24,000 nucleotides of DNA from Gordonia phage GMA2: sequence record NC_070761.1, one strand, 5' to 3'. The first letter of the stretch is position 1. Each line of letters begins with the position of its first letter. The translations under genes and the position numbers were made by a program. The notes below the pieces were generated by a model. That model made no database searches and had not been told where the DNA came from. It saw nothing but the letters and a program-made list of their open reading frames with translations. Positions 14,267 to 23,568 of this stretch are shown in pieces.

Positions 14267-15262
14267 CTACTCGATGAAGTCTAGCATCGAGCTGTGCTTC
14301 TCTTCGTAGCGTTCGTGAGGAGAGCACTGCACAAACAGATCATTGATCATCCGCTCGGCGTCCGCATCATCGTCCATCACTTGTGACAGAGCGTTGAATG
14401 GAGACCACGAGTTTCGAGTATTCGCCGAGGGGTAAGCCGACAAACGATGATCAAGACCTGAGTCAAGCATCTGCACGGTGCGATGGTAGTCTTCGAGAGT
14501 GCCCAACAGTTGGGTGTAGTAGTTCCGAAGACGAGCTGTGCTGTGATGCACTTCCACCGTGTCATAAAACGGAGGCTTGGCTCTAGCCGAACGTCGAACC
14601 TTGCGAAGCATGACGAACTTAGCGCCTTGAAGAGCGAATGACGGATCATCAAGACCGTTGAGCTTCTCAAGGACCATGTAGGTCAAGAGCTGATCGCTAT
14701 TTGGAGCTTCAGCGATCAGACCCGACATGTTCGCTGTGGACTTCCAGTCAAGCACGAGATTCATGCCCGAGTGAGTGTCTTTAGCTCGCACGTCAAGCTT
14801 GCCACGGAGAACCACCTCAGCACCCGAAGGCAGCTTGATGGGAACGCTAATTTTCTCCTCGGCGCTGATGATTTCGATGGTCTCATCGAAACCAGTCTCC
14901 TGGCGCCACTCATCAAATCCTGCAAGCATGATTCGACCAAGCTCAGCTTCGTTCTGCCAAGCTCTGACGTCAAAGACGACTTTCGACTCCTCGAGCGATC
15001 TAAGCTCTTCTTGCGCGATTTCGTTATACGACTCGACCAAGTCATGTCCGTAGCCGTACGAGCGTTCTAGCGCGTCATGCAGACGTGATCCGAGTTGAAG
15101 CGGTCCGTACACTGGACTTTCTTTCGGAGTGAGACCGAGGTACGTGGACAAGAACCAGAAGCGACGGTTCTGCTTGAACAGCGCAAGATCGCTCTGAGAG
15201 GCGATCAGTTGACCTTCTTTTGTGCGTGGGACGCGTGAAGATAGACCGTAGTGAAGGGTCAT
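14267..15262 (-). CDS. PD-(D/E)XK nuclease (Cas4/RecB-like)
   Basis: GKLDVRAKDTHSGMNLVLDWKST active-site motif. Confidence 0.8.
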   Translation of the reverse strand: MTLHYGLSSRVPRTKEGQLIASQSDLALFKQNRRFWFLSTYLGLTPKESPVYGPLQLGSRLHDALERSYGYGHDLVESYNEIAQEELRSLEESKVVFDVRAWQNEAELGRIMLAGFDEWRQETGFDETIEIISAEEKISVPIKLPSGAEVVLRGKLDVRAKDTHSGMNLVLDWKSTANMSGLIAEAPNSDQLLTYMVLEKLNGLDDPSFALQGAKFVMLRKVRRSARAKPPFYDTVEVHHSTARLRNYYTQLLGTLEDYHRTVQMLDSGLDHRLSAYPSANTRNSWSPFNALSQVMDDDADAERMINDLFVQCSPHERYEEKHSSMLDFIE

Positions 15263-15290
15263 ATTACCTTGTCTTTCGAACTAGAAAAGA

Positions 15291-15322
15291 CTCGAAGCTA
15301 GCTGGCTACAGCCAGCTTCGAG
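15291..15322 (-). terminator. Intrinsic terminator
   Basis: CTCGAAGC...TGGC-taca-GCCA-GCTTCGAG, followed by TCTTTTC on the minus strand. Confidence 0.65.
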
Positions 15323-15354
15323 CCTCTTCAAAGTCTTACTACGGACTTAGAAAC

Positions 15355-15564
15355 TCAGTCTTCGTCCTCGGTGCCGTCTTGCTTCTCGGCGATCACGAAG
15401 ACCTCGATGTCGTCCAGCGACACGACCTGCATGGCGCCCTTCTCGTCCTTGACGTAGATGAGCTCTTCGCGCTCGCGCTTGAACTCGCCTTCGACAGTGT
15501 TGCCGCGCTTGGTCTGCAGCTCGACGATGCGTCCGCGTGCGACTCCGATAGGCATTGCGATCAT
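15355..15564 (-). CDS. Hypothetical protein
   Basis: Short acidic/basic ORF in operon context. Confidence 0.6.
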   Translation of the reverse strand: MIAMPIGVARGRIVELQTKRGNTVEGEFKREREELIYVKDEKGAMQVVSLDDIEVFVIAEKQDGTEDED

Positions 15565-15660
15565 TTGAGTGTTCTCCTTATAGTGGATGTGACAGTAGCC
15601 GCGTACAGCTTGCTGCCCCGCCTTCTGCTTAGAGAGTGCAGAAGGAAGTCTTTTGTTAGA

Positions 15661-17625
15661 TCAGTCGTCTTCTTCGATGAACTTCTTGAGGAGCTCCTTG
15701 TCCTTCAAGATCTCTTCGATGCGACCGTCCTTGCTCTCGAGAGCATCGAGCTGCTTCTCTTCGATGGTCTTCTCGCTGATGTAGTCGATAATCGTAACAC
15801 TTTCATGAATCTCAGCGCCAATGCGGTGGCTTCGAGAAAGCGCCTGCTTCATAGCAGTTGACGAGTACGAGCGCTGGATGAACACGTTGATGTCAGCAGC
15901 GGTCAGAGTCAGACCAACACCACCTGCCTGGATGGTGACCAAGATGTACTTGATCTTCCGGTCCTGGAAGTTGTCGATGTGCTGCTGACGCTCTTCGGTG
16001 CTCTGCGAGCCAGTGATAAGTCCGTGCTCGTAGCCTTTGCGAGTCATCTCGCCCGACAGAAGCTCGATCAGCTGACGAGACTGAGCAAAGACGACGATGC
16101 TAGAATCGCCAAAGTCGCCAGATTCGATGTCGTTGAGGAACGCAGTGATCTTGTTAGACGGAAGCGCTAGTTTGAGATTCTCAACGGTCACCGTAGCGCC
16201 AGTGTCATCGCCCTTATAGACAGACTCGTCGTCGCTGTTGAGATAGTCATCAAGAGTGGTCTTCGAGTCGCCGATAGATGTCTTGACGGGGACCTCAGCA
16301 GTGGTGATCTCTCCGTAGGAACTAGCGAACTGCAGAAGCCGAGTTGCGACCACAAGCGGAGAGTCTGCAGAGATAGTGTCTGTCTCTTCTCCGCGAGCGA
16401 GGACCACCGAAGCGTCCTTCTTCATCTCGCGGTACGCCTTCTTCTGCGGTGCCGTGAGAGGAATGTACCGACGCTCTCGAATGAGAGGCGGCAGGAACGG
16501 AAGAACGATCTCCTTAAGCATGCGACGAACCATCAGCTCAGTGACGGTGCGGAACTCAAGCTCACGTTCTTTCTTGATGCCGATGATCTCTATGATGCCC
16601 CACTGAGTGTAAGCCGTATCAGCGTAGCGATCAATGAAGCGAGTCTTAGACGGAAAATCATTCGGGCTGATGAATCGAAGAATGAACCAAAGATCGTTGA
16701 GATCGTTCTGCACCGGAGTGCCAGTGAGAGCGTATCGCCGGGAGGCGCGATCAGAAACGGCCCACACAGCGCGAGTCTGCTTGCTGGGGTGAAGAAGACG
16801 GTGGCTCTCGTCTGCGATCACGGTATTGAAATGGATCTGGTTAAGCTCACGTTCGTGCACTTCGCACTTGGTGTTGTCGATCTTCTCATCGAGACCGCCG
16901 CAAGCAGTGCAGCGCTTCAGCTCCATGCTACCGTAGCGAGCGAGACGAGAATGGCGATGCATCTGCTCGTAGTTAATGATGTACACGTGAGCAGGAGTCT
17001 CAAGAGCCTTACGTCGCTGCGCAAGACCGCCCTCAACGATGTTCACCGTGAGTCCCGGCCACCAGCGTGCGAACTCACGCTGCCAGGTCACCTTGATCGA
17101 GTTCGGAACCACGACCAAAGCGGGGAAGATGTCCTGATTCCCAGCGCGATGAGCAGCTCGAAGCGCGGTGATCGTCTGGGCAGACTTGCCTGTGCCCGTC
17201 TCGTCAAAGATGCCGCATCCACGGTGTGTCGACATGAAAGCCGCGCCAACAGCCTGGTGAGGAAACAGACTGAGTTCTTTCTCAAGACCCGCAGTCTCAG
17301 ACGTACTGTCATTGAGCTTGGTGTGATCCGGTCCATCTTCTGGAGACAGATTGATCAGTTCACGAAGAATACCGGAGGGCTCTACGACGGTCTTCTTGTA
17401 TTCCGAAGCCCATTCTGCAAGATCGCTTGCGATCTCAAGATCAGGTCCGAAGGTGTTGCGAAGCTGAATGCAGCTGACCCACGAGAGAGGCATAGTCCAG
17501 ACTTTATCTGCAACAGACCACTTACGAGCGAGCAGCTGCTGAATGGCTTCACGGTGCTCAAACGAGCTTTCGAGAACAATCTTGTTGCGGTGACGGCTAT
17601 CGAGTCTTGCGAGTACCTTAGTCAT
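15661..17625 (-). CDS. SNF2/DEAD-box-like superfamily II helicase
   Basis: GIFDETGTGKSAQTI, ADESHRLLHP, LTGTPVQNDLNDLW, QAGGVGLTLTAADINVFIQRSYS. Confidence 0.92.
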   Translation of the reverse strand: MTKVLARLDSRHRNKIVLESSFEHREAIQQLLARKWSVADKVWTMPLSWVSCIQLRNTFGPDLEIASDLAEWASEYKKTVVEPSGILRELINLSPEDGPDHTKLNDSTSETAGLEKELSLFPHQAVGAAFMSTHRGCGIFDETGTGKSAQTITALRAAHRAGNQDIFPALVVVPNSIKVTWQREFARWWPGLTVNIVEGGLAQRRKALETPAHVYIINYEQMHRHSRLARYGSMELKRCTACGGLDEKIDNTKCEVHERELNQIHFNTVIADESHRLLHPSKQTRAVWAVSDRASRRYALTGTPVQNDLNDLWFILRFISPNDFPSKTRFIDRYADTAYTQWGIIEIIGIKKERELEFRTVTELMVRRMLKEIVLPFLPPLIRERRYIPLTAPQKKAYREMKKDASVVLARGEETDTISADSPLVVATRLLQFASSYGEITTAEVPVKTSIGDSKTTLDDYLNSDDESVYKGDDTGATVTVENLKLALPSNKITAFLNDIESGDFGDSSIVVFAQSRQLIELLSGEMTRKGYEHGLITGSQSTEERQQHIDNFQDRKIKYILVTIQAGGVGLTLTAADINVFIQRSYSSTAMKQALSRSHRIGAEIHESVTIIDYISEKTIEEKQLDALESKDGRIEEILKDKELLKKFIEEDD

Positions 17626-17656
17626 AAAGTCAACCTCTTCTGTGGGCGTGGATTTA

Positions 17657-17686
17657 AGTATATCACGAAACGAGCGGGCATGTAAA
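17657..17686 (-). promoter_or_regulatory. Putative promoter TTTACA-N18-TATACT
   Basis: -35 17681-17686, -10 17657-17662, GTGA extension. Confidence 0.45.
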
Positions 17687-17692
17687 CCCGGG

Positions 17693-18196
17693 CTAAAGCA
17701 AGAGCTTGCCTTTGCGCACTCTAGCGCATGCTAGCAGCGCATGCTTAGCAGCCATGTGCGCGTGATCGTCTGAACCATCGCCCCGACTGCGGATCCCCAA
17801 GTCGTTCAATGTCGGATTCGAGATTAGCTTGGCCTCTGCTGGTTTCTGGTCGGTACACAGAGTCGCTCTCGGCGTGTAGATGTTGGCAAACGCATGGACC
17901 ACTCCTGTGACCTCTAGAGCGAAATGAGCGCCACCAAACGTAGACGTCCGAGTGAGGACAAAATGCTCGACTGCGACGACAAGAGGTCGTGTGTTGGACA
18001 ACGACTCGAAGATCTCACGGAGTCGAGCTAGAGCTGACGGAAAGTCGTGCTGAGTTTCTAGAAGCTTAGACTCAATCTGAAGCTTACCCAGGTGCGCCCA
18101 ATGCGGATTAGACACAGACGCGGTGGTCGCACGCAAATGAGAAATGCCGACGTGCTTGCCAGGATCAATTCCCAGCACGTCAAAGTGCGCTGTCAC
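17693..18196 (-). CDS. RuvC-like Holliday junction resolvase
   Basis: VLGIDPGKHVGIS, VVAVEHF, DDHAHMAAKHALL. Confidence 0.8.
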   Translation of the reverse strand: MTAHFDVLGIDPGKHVGISHLRATTASVSNPHWAHLGKLQIESKLLETQHDFPSALARLREIFESLSNTRPLVVAVEHFVLTRTSTFGGAHFALEVTGVVHAFANIYTPRATLCTDQKPAEAKLISNPTLNDLGIRSRGDGSDDHAHMAAKHALLACARVRKGKLLL

Positions 18197-19977
18197 TGCT
18201 TAACCCACCGTTCCATCGGCTCTCCGCACGCTGCAGGCATTCGGACGCTGAATTGCTCGTTGATCATCGACTCGTTGATAAGCTCTGCAATCTCCTCAGC
18301 ATCTCCCTTATCGCAAGAGACCAGAACTTCGTCATGCACTGGTAGAACCAGGTTGTCGTCCAACCCGTTCATGCTGAGATCAACGAGCGCTTCCTTGAGA
18401 ACCTCGGCGCAACTGCCCTGAACCAAATAGTTGCCGGCCGTGTACGCTCGATCTGCCGGCACGTAGAGTCGTCTACCCGTGAATGTCGTGACGTACGGCC
18501 GTTCACCCGATCGGACGATGTCCTGCATCTCTTTCGTAAGATTCGAGTTGAAAGTGTTCAATCCTGGATAGAGATGATCGAAGTTGTCTGAGATTTCCTG
18601 CATTCGAGCCTTCGGCACACCCGCAGACAAAGCCTGCTTTGCGACACCTGCACCGTAGTTTCGTGCGTAAATCAACGTCTTGATGGTAGCTCGCCTGGGA
18701 TCCTTCTTCACCATGCTTGGATCGCTGAAGACTTCTCGACCGATCTGTGTGAAGACGTCCAATCCACCTGGCGCATCTGCCTCTTCAAACAAGGTCTTCA
18801 GACCCAAGTCACCGCAAAGATGACTGATGTATCGGAACTCAATCTGATCGTAGTCAGATGACAGAAGAACTTGACCCTCGTGCGGAATGACGCTGGGTCG
18901 AACCGTGACATCATCTCGAGGCAGTGTCTGAAGCGCCGGGTTCTTGATCGACATGCGACCGGTTTTAGCAGCCATCGTGATGATGTCTGGATGAACAGTA
19001 CCGTCATCCTTGCTGAACTCAAGGAAATTCTCAAGATATGTCGAACGGATCTTGGTCGCTTTTCGAGTTTTGAGCGCTAGATCCGCAAGCTCATAGCCCT
19101 GATTGATTAGATGCTTGAGCGAGTCTTCATCCATCTTCGGCAGACCAGTAGCGGTCATGTCTAGAATGTCCGCGCCCTCTGCGACAAACCAGCGACCCAG
19201 TGACGTAGTCGAACCGAGCTTCACTCCCCACTTTGTAGAAGCATACTCGATAGCTTTCTCTACGTACTCGTCGAGCTCGTCTGACTTGGTCTTGCAGTAC
19301 TCACGATCAATCCGCATTCCGCGGATCTCCATTTGAGTGCAGATGCGACGAGCTTCCATCTCGAGCTGATATGCTCGTTTGAACTCGCCTGAATGGACGT
19401 GACTCATCTTTCGATACAGTCGAGCACCGAGAATGACGTCCACACCCGAGTAGATTCGATAGGCTGGAGCCTCAAGAGGCACGTCTGCCCAGCTTGTCTT
19501 GGTGTTAGCCATCGTCTCTTTGAGCATGTCCTGCCCTGCGACAGCTGCCGGTCCCCAGTACTTCTTAGCAATCGGCTTCAGCGCTGCAGAGGCTTCGTTG
19601 TCGTGCAGACGATGCATCAACATCGTGTCGTTTGATCGCGACCAGGCGAATTTCAGATCTGGATACAACACTTGAATCCATTTGGCGTCAAAAGCTATGT
19701 TGTGCCAGACTTGAGGACCTTGGTATTTTTCCAAGACTTCATACATGACCCCAGGCCAGCGTTGCGCGTCAATCACCCACGCCTCATTTACCGACCCAAC
19801 CTGAAAAAGTCGGATTCGAGCGCCCGGTTCGAACGGAGAGAGTCCCGAAGTCTCAGTGTCCAACGCGAGAACGTCTCGTTTTTGCCCCAGCCACCGAAAG
19901 AACTCTTGGACGTCTTCGAATGTCTCTACGAAACCAATCTTGGTCTCGCTCAATGGTACTTCTTCAGGCCATGTCAT
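18193..19977 (-). CDS. polA: DNA polymerase I (3'-5' exonuclease + family A polymerase)
   Basis: DVLALDTETSGL (exo I), SSDYDQIEFR (motif A), RRATIKTLIYARNYGAG (motif B), VLPVHDEVL (motif C). Confidence 0.95.
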   Translation of the reverse strand: MTWPEEVPLSETKIGFVETFEDVQEFFRWLGQKRDVLALDTETSGLSPFEPGARIRLFQVGSVNEAWVIDAQRWPGVMYEVLEKYQGPQVWHNIAFDAKWIQVLYPDLKFAWSRSNDTMLMHRLHDNEASAALKPIAKKYWGPAAVAGQDMLKETMANTKTSWADVPLEAPAYRIYSGVDVILGARLYRKMSHVHSGEFKRAYQLEMEARRICTQMEIRGMRIDREYCKTKSDELDEYVEKAIEYASTKWGVKLGSTTSLGRWFVAEGADILDMTATGLPKMDEDSLKHLINQGYELADLALKTRKATKIRSTYLENFLEFSKDDGTVHPDIITMAAKTGRMSIKNPALQTLPRDDVTVRPSVIPHEGQVLLSSDYDQIEFRYISHLCGDLGLKTLFEEADAPGGLDVFTQIGREVFSDPSMVKKDPRRATIKTLIYARNYGAGVAKQALSAGVPKARMQEISDNFDHLYPGLNTFNSNLTKEMQDIVRSGERPYVTTFTGRRLYVPADRAYTAGNYLVQGSCAEVLKEALVDLSMNGLDDNLVLPVHDEVLVSCDKGDAEEIAELINESMINEQFSVRMPAACGEPMERWVKQ

Positions 19978-19980
19978 TGT

Positions 19981-20697
19981 TTAATCGTCCAATCTTGTCC
20001 ATGAGTGTCCAGTAGCTGTCTTGTGTCGACCGAGCGCCGTGACGTTGCTTTCCATGCTACAGATATCACATCTAGCTCGTCTTCGAACTGCTTTCGAGAT
20101 GCTGTCTTGGTGGTCTTTGGTTTTTCCGCGTGCTTTAGCTTTTTCTGAAAGCAAAGCTTTAGTTGCTGTCGAGTGCTGCTTGCCCGTATTCACTTCACGC
20201 AGATGCTGCTTCTGCTCTTCTGAAGGTCGCCATCCAGCTGTACGCTTTGCTTCTCGCATACGCGCTTTCGACTCTTCAGTGTGCTGTCTTCGCGGTCTAT
20301 TTTTTGCTGCTTGACTCAACTTTTCTTTGTGCTCTTTGCTAAACTTCTTACCCGTCATCTTGCCTCGCATCGTGGCGCTAAGAGCGGCTTTTTGCTCGTC
20401 CGTCCACCGGTATCCGCGACTACCCTGACCTCCGTCAAGAACATTTAGCAGACCGTCTCGGTTTCGAAGAATAGCTATCCACTTGACTTCTGCTAGATCT
20501 AGACTCTCAGCGTCTTCGCAATCTTCGACAACGACTACGTACACTCTAGAGTGCTTACGCATCCAGTCATACAGCGGAGTTCTGTGTCCTGTGTGTGCCA
20601 CTCTCCAATGTTGCTGCAGTCTGTTATCAACGCTTCCGGTAGTTTGTCCGATATACCGAATTCTGTGATCTCCCGAGTGGAGACCGTATATCTTCAT
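19981..20697 (-). mobile_element. GIY-YIG endonuclease with NUMOD3-type repeats
   Basis: KIYGLHSGDHRIRYIGQTTGSVDNRLQQHW; repeated MRGKMTGKKFSKEHKEKLSQA / HTEESKARMREA segments. Confidence 0.88.
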
Positions 20698-20732
20698 GTA
20701 GTTATTTTAAATCGGAGAAGTCAACAAGTACA

Positions 20733-20921
20733 CTACGAAATGTCCGCGTCATCTCGCTTTTCAATCTTCTTATTCTCTTTTCGACGGTCTACCGCAGACA
20801 TGATCGTGTCAACTACATCCCAGACGATGATGGCAGTGCCAGCCCAAACAAGCCAGTCGGGAAGTTCTGCAAAGCAGTTAGCGATCAAGATGCCAAGAGC
20901 AACGTTTGCGAGGGTGGTCAT
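20733..20921 (-). CDS. Small membrane protein
   Basis: Hydrophobic stretch LPDWLVWAGTAIIVWDVVDTIM then charged tail. Confidence 0.55.
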   Translation of the reverse strand: MTTLANVALGILIANCFAELPDWLVWAGTAIIVWDVVDTIMSAVDRRKENKKIEKRDDADIS

Positions 20922-21035
20922 GAGTGATTTCTCTTTCTTAGTGTCTAAGCATCGGATCTCAGACGAGTTTACTATCGAAATTGCTTTTTGAGGTCGCTAG
21001 AGCGCGATCTGGACGCCTTTTCTAAAATTGGCCGT

Positions 21036-22694
21036 TTAGTCCTCTACAACCTCAGAATCAATCACATTCTCGTCATTTTGAGCAGAATCGGCTTGTTCGT
21101 CTTCGGTAGGATCCGTGTCGTACGAAGCCAGCTTCCGGATGCGATCCATGACGATGTCGGTCGCGTTCTCCTTCGGCCCCTTTTTCTTATCCTGCGCGAT
21201 TTCGATCTCGGCGCCTTCGACAACACCCGAGCGATTCAAGATTGTCTCAGCTGCTCGCAGCCGAGCGTTCTCGTTCTGTCCGTTGATCATGATGTCCGCG
21301 ATTGTGGACAGCGCTTGGGTAGATAGAGCAAACGCCTGCATCTGTGCGTTGAGAATCATCGAACGAGTCTCGGCTGGAGACGCTAGAAGTCCGCCGTGCA
21401 TCTCACACCGAGTAGTACCCATCACGGCGATGTTCCGACAACGAGACCCACCCTTGCGAGTGTAAGCTACGTGGCCTGGATCGGTCTCGTCAGAGCCGTA
21501 GACAAAGTCACACTGGTACGAAGTGATCTCACCGTCAGCACCGATGCTGGCGAACTGCTCGGGATTGGCGATCTGTGCAGCCATTCGAGCGGGTGCAAAG
21601 TCCATGGGCAGGTTGGATCCGTATGGATCGATCCGCTCGATAGCTTTGAGACTAGCATCCTCTGCTCGACTGCTGACCTTGCGATACGGAATCGGACGGT
21701 TAGCGTCGTCTGTCTTTACGCCATCCGGATTAGCTTCGAGTGCCTCATCCGAGAATTCTCTGGTCTCCAGTGATCGCATGGAGATCCATTCTCGAATCTC
21801 TGAGTACTCAAGCATTGAGATTTCGTCTGTCTCCCACAGCTCCCAGGCCATGGAGCTCGATTCAAGGGTTTGCGCACTGAAGCCCGGTTGACCCGCAGAG
21901 AAAAAGCTCTGAATGTCGTTGTGAACGTCTTTGGGCATGAGCGGCTTACCGATCCAAATACCTTCAGGGCCACCACCAAGAATGGTCTTAGCAAGCTTAC
22001 GGATCTCTTTGACCTGCGCGTGACGAGTCTTGATGCCGCGGTCATACGCTTCTCGTTCGGGAGTGCCTCTCTCTGGCTCAGGGCGGCTCATCAACTCCTC
22101 CTGAGCAGCCACCCAAACTCGAGACTCCTTGAAAAGCATGGTGAGCCACTGGCGGTAGGTCAAACGCTTACGGTCTTCTCGCCGGGGAGGAAGTTTGGCG
22201 TTCTGAGCTTCTGTGACGTTCCAGCCTTCTGGCGGATACCATCTCAGAATCGGCTCGTTCATGTCAATGTCTGTGCGCTTGATCTCGATACCCACACGCT
22301 TTGACAACTCAGCGTAGATTCGAGAATGCTCTTCTACACCGAGATCAGTAAGCCGCACTCGCCCCTTGGGCGTGTACATGAGCGGTCCACGACTCAAAGC
22401 GCCCTTGTTGACAAGCTTGAACCGCGTTGGAGACGCTCCCGCTAGAGCAGAGATGAGTGCCATGACTCCCGGAGTGGTCAAAAGAAGCATGCCAGAGGCC
22501 GTCCGCAGCTCGAAGTTCTCTGATTTCGAGTACTTTTCAACGATGCGGCTCAGCTCTGACACGATCTGAGACGGAAAAAGACCCTCATCATCCGCGGTCT
22601 TAGCGTTGTCTAGAATATTGAAGATAGTACCGCTAGTCACTGTCCAGCGCTCGGCGTCATCTCTCCATCGGGGTCGAAACTCGATTGCTGACAT
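21036..22694 (-). CDS. Large hypothetical protein with C-terminal zinc-like CRNIAVMGTTRCEMHGG motif
   Basis: Long ORF; Cys/His motif plus following helical region reminiscent of small terminase-like proteins (weak). Confidence 0.7.
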   Translation of the reverse strand: MSAIEFRPRWRDDAERWTVTSGTIFNILDNAKTADDEGLFPSQIVSELSRIVEKYSKSENFELRTASGMLLLTTPGVMALISALAGASPTRFKLVNKGALSRGPLMYTPKGRVRLTDLGVEEHSRIYAELSKRVGIEIKRTDIDMNEPILRWYPPEGWNVTEAQNAKLPPRREDRKRLTYRQWLTMLFKESRVWVAAQEELMSRPEPERGTPEREAYDRGIKTRHAQVKEIRKLAKTILGGGPEGIWIGKPLMPKDVHNDIQSFFSAGQPGFSAQTLESSSMAWELWETDEISMLEYSEIREWISMRSLETREFSDEALEANPDGVKTDDANRPIPYRKVSSRAEDASLKAIERIDPYGSNLPMDFAPARMAAQIANPEQFASIGADGEITSYQCDFVYGSDETDPGHVAYTRKGGSRCRNIAVMGTTRCEMHGGLLASPAETRSMILNAQMQAFALSTQALSTIADIMINGQNENARLRAAETILNRSGVVEGAEIEIAQDKKKGPKENATDIVMDRIRKLASYDTDPTEDEQADSAQNDENVIDSEVVED

Positions 22695-22709
22695 GCGATG
22701 CGTCTCCGT

Positions 22710-23219
22710 CTACTCTTGAACCGTTGTAGAATCGATTCTATTCACTTCAATGCCACACGACATCAGAAACTGCTCGACAGTCTCGGGATTTCGGTGACTG
22801 TCGCCATCGTTGACGATATGCACTACTCGCACGATCTGCGCTGCTGCTAGAAGCTTTGCGCAGTTGATGCAGACCGATCCTGAGACAAAAGCGGTAGCCC
22901 CAACTGTTCGAGACCAGTCAGCTCGAGCGATAGCGTTTGCTTCCGAGTGACATGCAGGGCAGTTTGAGTAGGTGTCGTCTGTCTCACCAGTTCGAGCGCG
23001 TTCACACCAGTTGCTGCACGGCCCGCTTGCGGGAAAGCTAGGTGCTGGTCCGTTGTATGAGCTGGAGATAACTGTCTGGTCCGATGCTACGATGACGCAT
23101 CCGATCTGTGCTCGCTCACACTTAGAGCGTGCTGCGATAGTTATCGCCATCTGCATCCAGACTTGGTCCCATGACGGGCGATCTGCTTCAGTCATCTCGT
23201 CGCTCCCAGACCCACTCAT
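22710..23219 (-). CDS. dCMP deaminase
   Basis: CHSEANAIARADW and CINCAKLL zinc-deaminase motifs. Confidence 0.85.
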   Translation of the reverse strand: MSGSGSDEMTEADRPSWDQVWMQMAITIAARSKCERAQIGCVIVASDQTVISSSYNGPAPSFPASGPCSNWCERARTGETDDTYSNCPACHSEANAIARADWSRTVGATAFVSGSVCINCAKLLAAAQIVRVVHIVNDGDSHRNPETVEQFLMSCGIEVNRIDSTTVQE

Positions 23220-23568
23220 CGCTAGCTGAAAGAGTCACGTAATACACGCCAGGTGCGTGCGGAGGTATTGCGGAGTATTTGAGATCGTGCACAAGACGGC
23301 AATCGAGAGACAGGTCGTCCACGTTCTCATACAACGGATGAGAGATTGAGAACTCTCGGTTCGTCAGCTTCACGACGTGTACGTCCACTGGACTTTCTTC
23401 AAGCACTCGAGCTAGGAGATTCTGCGAGTCACAAGACTTGTTCTTGCACACGATGTGCTGATCACGAGTAAGAGCCAACTTACGTTCTGAACAAGCCGGG
23501 CACCGCCCCTTGACCGGAAGGTCAAGGTACGGCACCTCGGCAAGTTCATGCTCTGATAGATTACTCAT
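23188..23568 (-). CDS. DUF6085-like zinc-binding protein
   Basis: VKGRCPACSERKLAL...CKNKSCD...FSISHPLYENVDDLSLDCRLVHDL...PGVYYV; start likely MSNLSEHE not 23694. Confidence 0.65.
   Translation of the reverse strand: MSNLSEHELAEVPYLDLPVKGRCPACSERKLALTRDQHIVCKNKSCDSQNLLARVLEESPVDVHVVKLTNREFSISHPLYENVDDLSLDCRLVHDLKYSAIPPHAPGVYYVTLSASDEWVWERRDD

Noticed and set aside
20922-21035. Possible regulatory RNA in intergenic spacer
   Set aside because: No stem of meaningful length and no shared promoter box detected by eye.
14267-23229. Numerous plus-strand ORFs of 60-298 aa (e.g. 16789..17685, 15220..15861, 11333..12100)
   Set aside because: They lie opposite well-recognised minus-strand genes and have low-complexity, non-homologous-looking translations.
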